Shown piece after piece: positions 12,362 to 22,200 of a stretch of DNA of 64,000 bases. The notes beneath the pieces were generated by a model. It was given only the letters and a program-made list of their open reading frames with translations, ran no database searches and had not been told where the DNA came from. Each line of letters starts with the position of its first letter. The first letter of the stretch is position 1. The position numbers were made by a program, and so were the translations under genes. The stretch lies in the sequence record MK599315.1, one strand, 5' to 3'.

Positions 12362-12943
12362 ATGAAAGGTCTGGACTGGGCTCTCAGCGTAGAGAGTCAA
12401 GATGGTGTCGCCCAACAGGTAGACGCTAGTAACGTTGAATCCGAAACCGAGGTTAAAGATCTCGATCAAGGTAATCTGGATGTGGATAATGCTAACGCTG
12501 AATCCCAACCGGATGATGTTAAGGCTAGTACCACTGTAGACATCTCTGTTGAACAACTGGAAGATGGTCAGGTGTCTGGTAGTTCTGGTGGTAAGACGAT
12601 CGATGCTTACGGCGTTGATGAACTGTCCGGCGCACCGAAGCGTATTGTAATCTCTGGTTTTGATGCTTCTACTAACAAAGCTGCTGAACCCGGTGATAAC
12701 AAACTGGAACTGGTTATTCTACTTCAAAATGGAGTAATCCCAGAAGTTGGTATTAATGGGGTAACCGTAGAAGATCTACTGACAGCTTCGATCATTGTAT
12801 TCGAAGGTTTCCAATCGGGTAAGTTTGCCTGTGAAGAAAATGCCAAAGCATTGTTCCACATGAACGCTGCACGTGAACTGATTCGTGCTCGACTGGAGCG
12901 TCGTCAAGCACAAGGCACTGAAGGTACCTACGAGGGTAACTAA
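12362..12943 (+). CDS. tad1: Tad1-family cyclic-nucleotide/gcADPR sponge domain with an acidic N-terminal extension
   Basis: Residues ~120-193 (LQNGVIPEVGINGVTVEDLL...FQSGKFACEENAKALFHMNAA...R..RR...GTEGT) match the recalled Tad1 pattern FQxG...GV...DLL...FQxGxFxxxENAxALxH...R..R...GT. Confidence 0.8.
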   Translation: MKGLDWALSVESQDGVAQQVDASNVESETEVKDLDQGNLDVDNANAESQPDDVKASTTVDISVEQLEDGQVSGSSGGKTIDAYGVDELSGAPKRIVISGFDASTNKAAEPGDNKLELVILLQNGVIPEVGINGVTVEDLLTASIIVFEGFQSGKFACEENAKALFHMNAARELIRARLERRQAQGTEGTYEGN

Positions 12944-12950
12944 TATAAAT

Positions 12951-12973
12951 GCCTCCCTTCGGGGAGGCTTTAT
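12951..12973 (+). terminator. Intrinsic terminator
   Basis: GCCTCCC-TTCG-GGGAGGC-TTTAT. Confidence 0.8.
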
Positions 12974-12981
12974 GTTCCATT

Positions 12982-13006
12982 AAAAAATATTTCAAATCTA
13001 TATCAC
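12982..13006 (+). promoter_or_regulatory. phiKZ-type early promoter
   Basis: AAAAAATATTTCAAATCTATATCAC, one mismatch to TATATTAC; sits just after a terminator. Confidence 0.65.
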
Positions 13007-13114
13007 AGGTATGCACTAGAGATTAACATCTTGAGGGCATTACCATGTAACAGCTAACACAATATCCATTCGCGAGAATGACAAGTTAATTCCTTTAATT
13101 GAAGGTAGTAAAAA

Positions 13115-13609
13115 ATGAAAGAACAAAACATCGACCACAATAAACCTTATACTTACGTGGTCAGTGATTCCGAAGGCAACATGCGTGTACTGACTACTCT
13201 CGGTGACGAGCTACAAGTGCAGATCGACTATGCCGTGGGCACGGGAGGCAAAGCCAAAGTAGAACACATTGAAGAAGGTATTCGTGGCCTGTGCCATTCG
13301 TCTACCTCCACTCGTCTGCTCCGTGCAACTGTTCCAGGTTTCTACAAGATGCTTGAAGGCATCATGGGTAAGATCGGTCGTGCAATGGCCGAACCCGAGA
13401 ACTGGACAACTGGTAACAATGGTCGTCTGGCCTTCCATATCGAGACTCTGTTCGGAGCCGATAAGAAGTTCTGGCCGTTGATCACCCAAAGCGTTTACGA
13501 ACGTCTGCAATATGACGGTTACGTCAGCGTGGATGTACAGGTAGCGGAAGACGAAGAACAACCTATCAAGTTGGTCACTCGCTTTGGTATTCCTGCTCGC
13601 ATGGTCTAA
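13115..13609 (+). CDS. Hypothetical protein (early operon)
   Basis: ORF with GAAGG SD downstream of an early-promoter motif. Confidence 0.75.
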   Translation: MKEQNIDHNKPYTYVVSDSEGNMRVLTTLGDELQVQIDYAVGTGGKAKVEHIEEGIRGLCHSSTSTRLLRATVPGFYKMLEGIMGKIGRAMAEPENWTTGNNGRLAFHIETLFGADKKFWPLITQSVYERLQYDGYVSVDVQVAEDEEQPIKLVTRFGIPARMV

Positions 13610-13618
13610 GGAATCGTT

Positions 13619-13819
13619 ATGGCTCTCTCTGATTGCTCCTGTTGTTGGGAAACTCCATGTCATGCTGGTGGAGCGAAGTTCGATGAGTCGGATATGCGCA
13701 TGATGCCACTACCGCGACTTGGAGAGCTGGTTGCAATGTCCAGGCGTATCTTCGATGAGCGTAATACAATGGCTTCTCTTACAGCCTCTCATGATCGTAA
13801 GGAACTTACGGTAGAGTAG
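13619..13819 (+). CDS. Small hypothetical protein
   Basis: AGGA SD; fills the gap in the operon. Confidence 0.5.
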   Translation: MALSDCSCCWETPCHAGGAKFDESDMRMMPLPRLGELVAMSRRIFDERNTMASLTASHDRKELTVE

Positions 13820-13878
13820 GTTGTATTTGAACCATCCCTCAAAATAAACACATCAAACTTTCACAAGGAAATACTCAC

Positions 13879-14298
13879 ATGTCTAAAGATCTGAAGAGCT
13901 TTGCATTCATCGAAGAACACAAACTTCGCGAGAAGGTTATTCTTGGTGAAGCCAATACTTTCGACATCCCGAACGACCTCTATGAATCGGTAGTTCTGGG
14001 TGGAGCTGGTATCAGCCTTGAGCAACTGAAGAAGAAAGAACGACTGGAAGGTGAACTCCTGGCAGGCGTTACTCTTGTTGCTGGTGAACAAGCTGCAACT
14101 CGCATGAAAGAAAATCCGGATCTTTCTGAGATCGGCTTTAACTACAACATGGGTACCACTAACTCTCAGGTTGCTGGTATCTTCAGTCGCGATGGTAAGG
14201 ACCACAGTGTTGTTACTGTATCGACCAAGACCAACTCCGCTGAAATGAAGCGTGTCTGTGCACACATCAATCAGCTATTCGAAGAAGTAAATACCTGA
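13879..14298 (+). CDS. Hypothetical protein
   Basis: AAGGA SD, strong codon bias, followed by a hairpin. Confidence 0.8.
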   Translation: MSKDLKSFAFIEEHKLREKVILGEANTFDIPNDLYESVVLGGAGISLEQLKKKERLEGELLAGVTLVAGEQAATRMKENPDLSEIGFNYNMGTTNSQVAGIFSRDGKDHSVVTVSTKTNSAEMKRVCAHINQLFEEVNT

Positions 14299-14302
14299 TC
14301 AA

Positions 14303-14324
14303 ATGGGGCTCTACGGAGCCCCAT
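14303..14324 (+). terminator. Hairpin / terminator
   Basis: ATGGGGCTC-TACG-GAGCCCCAT. Confidence 0.65.
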
Positions 14325-14362
14325 TCCATCTGATTAATTTTTATGTAAATACAGGAAACAAA

Positions 14363-15421
14363 ATGACCAAATCTGCTAGCCGCAATTTCATCGTATTGGA
14401 AGGCCCCGAGTTCTCCGGTAAATCCACTCTGCACCGTGCACTGATCGCACGACTTGAAGCCGAAGGTATCGCGCACGTAGCTCTCCGTGAGCCTGGTGGT
14501 ACTGAAATGGCTGAAGAGATTCGATCGGTTCTACTGAAACATCGTGAAGAAAAAGTTGATCCAGTTTCAGATATTTTCCTGCACATGGCATATCGCCGGC
14601 AGAACATTCAGAATATCGTCAAACCGGCACTGAGTGACGGTAAGTGGGTTGTATCTGATCGCTTTGTTTTCTCTACTTGGTGCCTGAACGTAGCTCCTTA
14701 CCTCGATACCAATCCCAATCTGGCAGATCTGTTCATGGGTGTAATGCCGCACGTTATTGGTGATGGTGTTCCTGAGCCGCTGTGCTTCTATCTGGAAACT
14801 CCTGAAGAAGTTCGGAAAGAACGGATGGTAAATAGCGGTCGTGATCTGGATCGTTACGAAGTTGACGAAGTTTACCAAACTCGTGTTAACAACGCATATG
14901 CCCAGATTAAGTTTAGTCCTTCGACTAAAGTAATTGACGGCACTGCTCCCATTGATGAACAAGTTCAGTTCATCATTGAAACTATTCAAGCCCACGAAGC
15001 TCTGCGAGCTAAAGATGAGCTTGAAGAGAAAACCGAGAACAGCGGTCATCTTCCTCCGGAAACTGTACCTGGTGAAGAGAACGATGGCGATGTACCGCAG
15101 TCTCCTGTTGAAGAAGCACCTGTTGAACCAGTTGCCTTTGATCTGGAAGTGGCACTGGAGCAATACGCTGAAACCCAAATCATCAAAGAGGTGATCTTGG
15201 GTCGTGAAGAACTCCTGCCGTATTACAAAGATCTGGCCAAGAAGATCGTACGTAAAATCTTTGAAAAGACCAATGACGAGACTATCTTCCATCCGGCACG
15301 TGTTGGTGAGTTGAACCGTGAAATCCACTCGCTGTTCCACTTCCATGAACGTCTGCAAGACTGGAAAGATCTGATCAACAAAGACGAGCCGGTTGAACCT
15401 GAAACCGCTGTAGCAGAATAA
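14363..15421 (+). CDS. tmk: Thymidylate kinase with a long C-terminal extension
   Basis: P-loop EGPEFSGKST, LREPGGT and SDRF motifs; ATG 14363 with AGGA SD. Confidence 0.92.
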   Translation: MTKSASRNFIVLEGPEFSGKSTLHRALIARLEAEGIAHVALREPGGTEMAEEIRSVLLKHREEKVDPVSDIFLHMAYRRQNIQNIVKPALSDGKWVVSDRFVFSTWCLNVAPYLDTNPNLADLFMGVMPHVIGDGVPEPLCFYLETPEEVRKERMVNSGRDLDRYEVDEVYQTRVNNAYAQIKFSPSTKVIDGTAPIDEQVQFIIETIQAHEALRAKDELEEKTENSGHLPPETVPGEENDGDVPQSPVEEAPVEPVAFDLEVALEQYAETQIIKEVILGREELLPYYKDLAKKIVRKIFEKTNDETIFHPARVGELNREIHSLFHFHERLQDWKDLINKDEPVEPETAVAE

Positions 15422-15428
15422 AGGAAAC

Positions 15429-15662
15429 ATGATGTCTGAGACTCTCTCTGTGAAACGTTACATCCAAGCATCGGAAATCGACGATACTCTGTCCGACTAT
15501 ATCGGTCGTACATTCATCGTTAAACGCAACGGTATTACTACCGCTGTCACGTTGGATAAAGTTAAAACCAACAAGATCTATCTGAAACGCATGGGTGACC
15601 GTCAAGATGGTTTCTCCCTACCTCGTGCTGAGTTCGGTAAATATTACCAACTCGCTCCTTAA
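15429..15662 (+). CDS. Small hypothetical protein (SH3-like size and composition)
   Basis: AAGGA SD; followed by a terminator. Confidence 0.7.
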   Translation: MMSETLSVKRYIQASEIDDTLSDYIGRTFIVKRNGITTAVTLDKVKTNKIYLKRMGDRQDGFSLPRAEFGKYYQLAP

Positions 15663-15675
15663 GTTGTAAACACGG

Positions 15676-15700
15676 GAGGCTCCTTCGGGGGCCTCTTTAT
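15676..15700 (+). terminator. Intrinsic terminator
   Basis: GAGGCTCC-TTCG-GGGGCCTC-TTTAT. Confidence 0.75.
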
Positions 15701-15721
15701 GTTACCAAGAGGAAACTTCAA

Positions 15722-16441
15722 ATGCGCTTTACCAAGGTTATCATCCTTTTTCTAATGTCTTTTGTCGGCACTGTGTTTGGCCAAGAAATAAAAGATCCAC
15801 TGATATATGCACAAACACCTTTGTTCTTTTCTACCTTTACTCCAAAGGTTGCTCCCTGTTTCTTTAATAACGAGTCACGACATGGTGTATGCGGATGGAA
15901 AACATGGCCAGATGAAATCACAGTAGCTGTTACACGTCGTTCTAAACCTACTGAGATTTACAGCTATGTAACTAACGGCAATGTAGAAGTAGTATGTATT
16001 AATGAATATTGCCATGATGCATATGGACAACTCGTAGGTGTTGTACGCGGTCATATCGGTACCACCTATTGGGAACTTCCACGTGGTTATTATTTGACCA
16101 TGGTTAATAACTCATTTACTGCTATTAAGTTTGGAAATGGGTCATTGAAACATGAGTTCCCTATTCGTGATCTCTTACCTTCCAAATACAACGATAAGAA
16201 AGCTGATGGTGAAACACTAGATCTACGTTTTACTGAAGCACTTTACAATGTGTATTGTAATGTAGAGATGGAGCGTTGTAACTATCTTGGGAAAGAGTGG
16301 ACTCTACTAGAGCTGGCTCAATTGGTTCCCTTTGTTAAGACTGCAACATGTGACGAGTATCTTTGTTACATCGATAACCGTAAATCTCAAGTAGCTGGTA
16401 TCAACCCCGCGCGACGTGATATTTACGATGGCATCAAATAA
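15722..16441 (+). CDS. Exported/periplasmic protein
   Basis: Signal-peptide-like N-terminus MRFTKVIILFLMSFVGTVFG; several Cys pairs. Confidence 0.65.
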   Translation: MRFTKVIILFLMSFVGTVFGQEIKDPLIYAQTPLFFSTFTPKVAPCFFNNESRHGVCGWKTWPDEITVAVTRRSKPTEIYSYVTNGNVEVVCINEYCHDAYGQLVGVVRGHIGTTYWELPRGYYLTMVNNSFTAIKFGNGSLKHEFPIRDLLPSKYNDKKADGETLDLRFTEALYNVYCNVEMERCNYLGKEWTLLELAQLVPFVKTATCDEYLCYIDNRKSQVAGINPARRDIYDGIK

Positions 16442-16450
16442 CAATATAAA

Positions 16451-16472
16451 TGGAGTCCCCAAGGGGACTCCA
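16451..16472 (+). terminator. Hairpin / terminator
   Basis: TGGAGTCCCC-AA-GGGGACTCCA followed by a T-rich tract. Confidence 0.65.
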
Positions 16473-16529
16473 ATACCTTCTTTCTTTTTTTTGCTCTCAA
16501 TCCTATAATCCAGCATTCGAGATACGATC

Positions 16530-17012
16530 ATGGTTAAAGTAGTAGTCATCAAGGGTAGTCCCAAATTTGGGAAAATTGAACTATCTGAAAAGTATTACGC
16601 TGAGGTTACTTCTTTCCTGAAGGATCTCGGTTGTGAAGTTATTGTCCGCGATGTTAGTGAAATGTACGCATGGGAAGCTGATGCTAAACTATACGTAGCA
16701 CACGGTCGCGCTTGTAGATTAGCAGCTGAACATAATGCTACTGCATCCGATGTACCATTCTTAGAATTCGGTAGCTTAAATGGAATTATCCATCCGATTG
16801 ATAAAGCTTGGCAAGAGGGTTCTCGTCAAGGTCTTCCACCAGATGAACATTTTGAATTTATTCCAGAACAGAAGGAAGTGCTCGGTCGTTTGGTACATGA
16901 CTTAATGGCACCTACTCCAACTATTTCTGGTATACAAACATTGCGTAATCTGGAAGTACGTCGACAAGGGAGACGTCAGAATATCTCTGGTTTTAATGTT
17001 CGTCGCAGTTAA
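16530..17012 (+). CDS. Hypothetical alpha/beta protein
   Basis: ORF between two non-coding gaps; alpha/beta pattern. Confidence 0.65.
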   Translation: MVKVVVIKGSPKFGKIELSEKYYAEVTSFLKDLGCEVIVRDVSEMYAWEADAKLYVAHGRACRLAAEHNATASDVPFLEFGSLNGIIHPIDKAWQEGSRQGLPPDEHFEFIPEQKEVLGRLVHDLMAPTPTISGIQTLRNLEVRRQGRRQNISGFNVRRS

Positions 17013-17079
17013 ATACTTAAGTTGTAACCATATGTAGCAAAGACTACAAAGCCTCATACCCACCGCCCGGAACATCACC

Positions 17080-17442
17080 ATGGAAATATTCTCCCTTATC
17101 GAACTTCTCTTCGTATTACTCGTCGGTCATGCTGTTTGCGATTACGCGCTACAGAATGATTTTATGGCCGCTGCAAAGAACCATACTACTGAACTAGGTA
17201 AGACCTATTGGCCCTACGTTCTTCCAGCACATGGTCTTATCCATGGAGGTTGGGTATACGTAGTAACGGGTAGTTTTGTTCTAGGGGCGGCTGAAACAAT
17301 TATCCATTGCATCACAGATTATCTGAAATGTGATGGTAAAATTGGATTCCATACTGACCAATGGATTCATATTGGGTGTAAGGTACTTTGGGTAATTCTA
17401 CTAGCATATCAGTTTGACTTCCTGCAACAACTCCCTGTATAA
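17080..17442 (+). CDS. DUF3307-family membrane protein
   Basis: GHAVCDYALQ, HGLIHG, HCITDYLK and DQWIH motifs in hydrophobic helices. Confidence 0.85.
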   Translation: MEIFSLIELLFVLLVGHAVCDYALQNDFMAAAKNHTTELGKTYWPYVLPAHGLIHGGWVYVVTGSFVLGAAETIIHCITDYLKCDGKIGFHTDQWIHIGCKVLWVILLAYQFDFLQQLPV

Positions 17443-17448
17443 ACGCAT

Positions 17449-17472
17449 AGCTCGCCTTAGGGCGGGCTTTAT
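17449..17472 (+). terminator. Intrinsic terminator
   Basis: AGCTCGCC-TTAG-GGCGGGCT-TTAT. Confidence 0.7.
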
Positions 17473-17546
17473 GCCTTATCTGATGAAAGTATAAGGATAT
17501 ATATTTTCGTGTTGTGGAAGAGACCGTGGCCCTATAGGAGGGGAAG

Positions 17547-18035
17547 ATGGTTATTAGTCAGAATACTGCTACTGAGATTGACTCTCAAGTTGCCAAAGGT
17601 TTATCTATTGGGTATTTCGGTAAAGGAGATGATCTATCTCAGATCCCTCGTATGATCGGTGACTGGAATATCAGAACAGTAGAGGAACAGAGGTCACCCG
17701 GAACAGGGTATATTGTGGCGGTTCCATCGAATACACGCACTCGACTTATTTATGCTGCTGGTCGAATAGCGTGGTTAGTAGCTTTAGGTTACTCTGAGCA
17801 AACAGCTCATGTTTATCTTAAAGCTAGTTCTACCGTTGCAAAACGTTGGGATCATGAGGTGGCACAGTTTGTACTAACTAACTACGGAATTGATACATTT
17901 ATTCTAGAGCAAGCTTTATCCGATGATAATCCAAAGAAATATCTAGAGGCACAAGGATATTATTCCAGGGTATCTCGTGGTAAGATAATTGCTAGTTGTC
18001 AGATTCTTCGTAATATCCGTGGTCTATCAAAATAA
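17547..18035 (+). CDS. Hypothetical protein
   Basis: GGAGG SD; followed by a terminator. Confidence 0.75.
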   Translation: MVISQNTATEIDSQVAKGLSIGYFGKGDDLSQIPRMIGDWNIRTVEEQRSPGTGYIVAVPSNTRTRLIYAAGRIAWLVALGYSEQTAHVYLKASSTVAKRWDHEVAQFVLTNYGIDTFILEQALSDDNPKKYLEAQGYYSRVSRGKIIASCQILRNIRGLSK

Positions 18036-18037
18036 CT

Positions 18038-18060
18038 GGAGCCTTCGGGCTCCTTTTATT
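18038..18060 (+). terminator. Intrinsic terminator
   Basis: GGAGCC-TTCG-GGCTCC-TTTTATT. Confidence 0.75.
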
Positions 18061-18111
18061 TCGTGTAGTCCCTTATTCTTATGACTTCCTTATCGTAAAG
18101 GTTCACTCCCT

Positions 18112-18543
18112 ATGAGATTCTTTTGTGACGCTGAATTTGATGTACCAACTGATAGTTTAATTTCTCTTGCTATTGTTTCCGAAGATGGTAACAGAGAGTT
18201 CTATGAAGTACTCGAACATAAGCATATTCAAGACGACTGGGTAAAGGCTAACGTCATTCCTATTCTTCAGAAAGATCCTATTTCGTTTGAAGAATTCCAG
18301 ATCCGCCTTGAGAAATTTGTATCACAATTTGCTGGCATGAATATAATCGTTAACCACCCCAACGATGTTATTTATTTTAACAAAGCCCTATTAGGGGAGA
18401 AGGGGAAGTGGATTATGATTCAACCATTGACTTTTGATATCGATGATCGTCTCAGTGGTAAAGGATCTAAACTTTTGCATAATGCGCTATTCGATGCCAG
18501 GGCGACACGCGAGGACTGGTTTAAAAAGAATGGCTATACATGA
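18112..18543 (+). CDS. DEDDh 3'-5' exo(ribo)nuclease (Rv2179c-like)
   Basis: FCDAEF (DxE), NHPNDV and HNALFDA motifs. Confidence 0.8.
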   Translation: MRFFCDAEFDVPTDSLISLAIVSEDGNREFYEVLEHKHIQDDWVKANVIPILQKDPISFEEFQIRLEKFVSQFAGMNIIVNHPNDVIYFNKALLGEKGKWIMIQPLTFDIDDRLSGKGSKLLHNALFDARATREDWFKKNGYT

Positions 18544-18564
18544 AACCATTTTGGATAAATAGAA

Positions 18565-19236
18565 ATGACAACCGTACTTGAACAGATGACAGGTAAACCC
18601 GGTCGTAAATGCCGAGGCGAATCTCTTTTACGTCTTCTGATCTCCACGAGTTATCCACAGACAATTCTGTCGGATCTAACATTTGCTTTTACTAAGCACT
18701 CTGGAACAGATGACGAAGAGTCGCTTGAAAAACTTGCAGTACTAATGCGAAATATCGAAAAAGAATTTGATATGTTCGACTTCATCCGCTGTATTGAAAT
18801 TAGACGAGATGGCGATGTCATTAACATCATTGTTAAACGTCTTGATTTCGATCCAACAATGCGGGCACTGAATGACAGTGTTGATACGCATGAACACATG
18901 GCAAGCTCTTGTGTGACTCTATCTAATGCAGATGATCGCATCGAAGATGTTGAACAACTAGCAGTTAAACTCCTAGAAGTTTTCTACCGTTCTCAAGTTA
19001 AGGTTAAACGCGGTACTGAGATTGCAACGACTACATGGAAATGTCGTTATCGTGAATCTGACCGTCGTAAATCGAAAGCTGAGCAAACTGCTATCGATAC
19101 TAACCTTGACTTTGAAGGTGTAGTAGAAACAATCACTGCTTCGCTCTGTAAGCGCCGTTTCCACCTAGTCCTTACACAGAATGCCTTTCTGCTTCTGGAT
19201 CAACGTAAGCGCGTCTGGGGCGTTAGCAAGGGCTGA
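18565..19236 (+). CDS. Hypothetical protein
   Basis: 223 aa ORF ending at a convergent terminator. Confidence 0.75.
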   Translation: MTTVLEQMTGKPGRKCRGESLLRLLISTSYPQTILSDLTFAFTKHSGTDDEESLEKLAVLMRNIEKEFDMFDFIRCIEIRRDGDVINIIVKRLDFDPTMRALNDSVDTHEHMASSCVTLSNADDRIEDVEQLAVKLLEVFYRSQVKVKRGTEIATTTWKCRYRESDRRKSKAEQTAIDTNLDFEGVVETITASLCKRRFHLVLTQNAFLLLDQRKRVWGVSKG

Positions 19237-19239
19237 CAA

Positions 19240-19270
19240 CATAAAGCCTCCCCGAAGGGAGGCTATTATG
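19240..19270. terminator. Bidirectional terminator between convergent operons
   Basis: CATAA-AGCCTCCC-CGAA-GGGAGGCT-ATTATG. Confidence 0.8.
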
Positions 19271-19273
19271 CCG

Positions 19274-22200
19274 TTATTGCACAGGTACCGGAGTTCCATT
19301 AACTGGAATTCTCCAAGCTTGCGTTGGGTCCTCAAAACTTCTGATTACCCGTGGTGCACCGTAAATCGTTTTAGGTGTTGTATTCTGCATTAGTACCCAA
19401 CCGGTACCATTCCAAGAATAAACTTTATTGGAACCCATATCGCAAACAATGTTGCGTGGAAGTCCAGTATAAACGATGTCTTTGAAATACGATTGCGGTT
19501 GCGAGAAGGCCATGTAACCGTATTTCTTAGGACCTTTAAACTTAGCCAATAGTGGATCACTGTTCAGGTCAACCGTCATGGACAGAGTTGGATCATATTC
19601 GGTCGTTCCCCATTTGGAGATACTGATGTTAAATATATCACCAGTCCTAATAACCTTAACTCGTTTGAAAGCACCGTTCCAACCTTGATTAGAGTAATCG
19701 CCAGTATTAACAGAAATGATATTCTGTCTGGTACCCATACTCAAATCGTAGATGATGTTCTGTGCTTCATTACCTCGTCCATTTCCATTCGAGTTACTAC
19801 GAGACAATGCGAGTGTCAAATGATGGCTTTGATCGCCCTCTTTAACAAACGCCAGAACCACACCCAAGAAGTCGTCGTCACCATTGTTAGATTGACATGT
19901 AACTTCAAGTGTGTATTGTTCTGGTTCTTCATCTGAAAGGAAACCAGTAATGGAACTTGTATTGTCAGGCATTACAGCAGCTTTGATCGTATCGTCCCAA
20001 TACCAACGACCCGCTGGATGAGGGGTAGTCCCATCGGAAAGGAACGGTGGGATACCTTGACCTTTAGCAAAATATTCATCAGCATAGAAACGATCCCATG
20101 TATCGAAGATTTGCTTAGGTGTCGGTGGAGATAGTCGAGCTAGAGCTGCACTTGTGTCAGCAGCGGTTTTATAGGCAAATGCTTGCCCTTCGTTACGAGG
20201 AAGCTCACCAGCAAAGTAACTAATGATATTTTTGAAGTGATCAGCTACACTCTGCGTTATCGCAGTAAGGTTGTACACAGGTCGAACAACTTGGATCTCT
20301 TCAATAATTCTCCGTGGAACTTGGATATGAGAGATCGAGTAGATTGGCTCAGTGGTAGTACCACCCGTCTTATATCGCGGCATTAACGGAAGTGTATTCT
20401 CGGCACGACCATATTTACCAGCGATCGGAGGTTGATACCGAGTCACAGGAAGAGTTGCTTCATAAGTGAATGGTTGAGTGATACGTACCTTAATGAGATC
20501 CGCGTTGTTAACGTAGATACCATCAACAGGATAGATAGTTTGATGACTTCCGGTTGCCGGATCGTAAACAGCAGTACCCACTTTAATATCTCTAAATGGA
20601 TCTACTTTAGTTATGTCTACACGGAATATATCCGCTATCATGGAGCCAACACTTGTGCCATCCAATTCAACTACGATATCAGCGATATCAGAAATGTCAT
20701 TGAGTAGTTGTGTAATTTCAACTCCCTTGTTATCTCGGAATATAACGTACTTACCTGCTCCGATCAAGTAGACAAACGTCATTGGAACGACGTCGCCGTT
20801 AGTAAGCTTCAGCAAGAAGTTAACAGTATGTTTTCCAGGGTTGAGGGTCAGTGTTACTGGATCCTTCTTTTGGAAAACAACTTCTTTAACGACTACACTC
20901 GATTCACTGCCGCCGGCTACGATAAAATCGCCATCGGTTAGATCATTATAAAGGACATGATCCCCATAAGTCGATCGTATAAATCCAACATTTACATTTG
21001 ATCTGTTGACAGAACCACTGAAATACGCGTTGAAGTTTACAGCAAGTTGGTTAGCAGTAACAAAGAAACAGTTAGATGCAGTTGGAACCGGATACGCTTC
21101 TTCGATGCTGTTAATAACTGGACCATGGTCGGTAAATATGAAAATGCCATTACCAGCTTTCCGATATGTAAGAATATCCTGAATCGCAGTTTGCGTAACT
21201 TACCGTTAACTGATTGATTCGGATCACTTAAAGAACCAACAAATACCAACCCTGCGTAATTGTTTAATTCCGTTAAGGTTGGATTTAAATGGGTTCCATC
21301 ATAATCGGTCTGATCCTTCAATGTACATGTAAAACCGCCGGCCCCTGCAACCTTAGTAATGTATTCATTGAACGCGGTCTTCAGTGCATAGCTACCAGTA
21401 GTTGCATCACCTAGGACAAGAATGTTTTTATTACCACTAGCAACTTTTGCAGGGTTAGCAATAAAGTCAAGACAGTTCTTAAAATAGGTCTGACTAGAGT
21501 TTAGGTTTTTACCTGGACCAAGATAACGTTTACGGGTAACAGTCCAACTACCTATCCAATCATGCGGTGTTGTTGGATTAACTACAAGATTATCTGTCAT
21601 GACATCAAAAGCAACAGTTGTTCCGTTAAGGACCCGTGCATTTCTCAGCTGACCACGATACTCTCTTGCAAGGATAGGATCTGCATCGTTCTCGAATGCT
21701 ACAGTCCAAGTCGATAATCTCTTACCAACAATGGCTTCTAATGGGACTGTACGTGTTACCCATTTGTTTTTCCATTCTGGCCTGTCTCTGCACATAACTG
21801 GATGTGTTGCAGTAGCGGGGTTATCATTGTCTTTGATTACAGGACTGTAGTCCCTAAATCTAACAGGGTTATTACCAGTTTCATCATAAACGGTACAGTC
21901 TAAACCAAAATATGCATCATCGAACACATAGTGGTCATAAACAAGAACATCTCCACTTTTAACAATGTAAGTCTTATTGTTAATTACTTCATAGTAGCAA
22001 AGGTCTAGACCGTTTGCATCAGGTTGTAGTCTAGCTGAGAAATCTAGAACACCCTGAGTCATGGAAATGTTTGCTGCCTGTGGATTCATGAACTTCGGAA
22101 AACCACCATCGTAAACAACGTTACCGTTACCATCTTGGGTAACGGCAATGAATGGAGTAGGCGGGCTTAAAGAATCGTAAGCGATATACTCAGAAACGAC

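Noticed and set aside
12362-12943. Assignment as Acb2 or a generic structural protein
   Set aside because: The motif spacing fits Tad1 (FQ.G.F...ENA.AL.H) and not the Acb2 pattern as I recall it.
16530-17012. Active alpha/beta hydrolase
   Set aside because: The expected nucleophile elbow reads AHGRA with no Ser, so no function was assigned.
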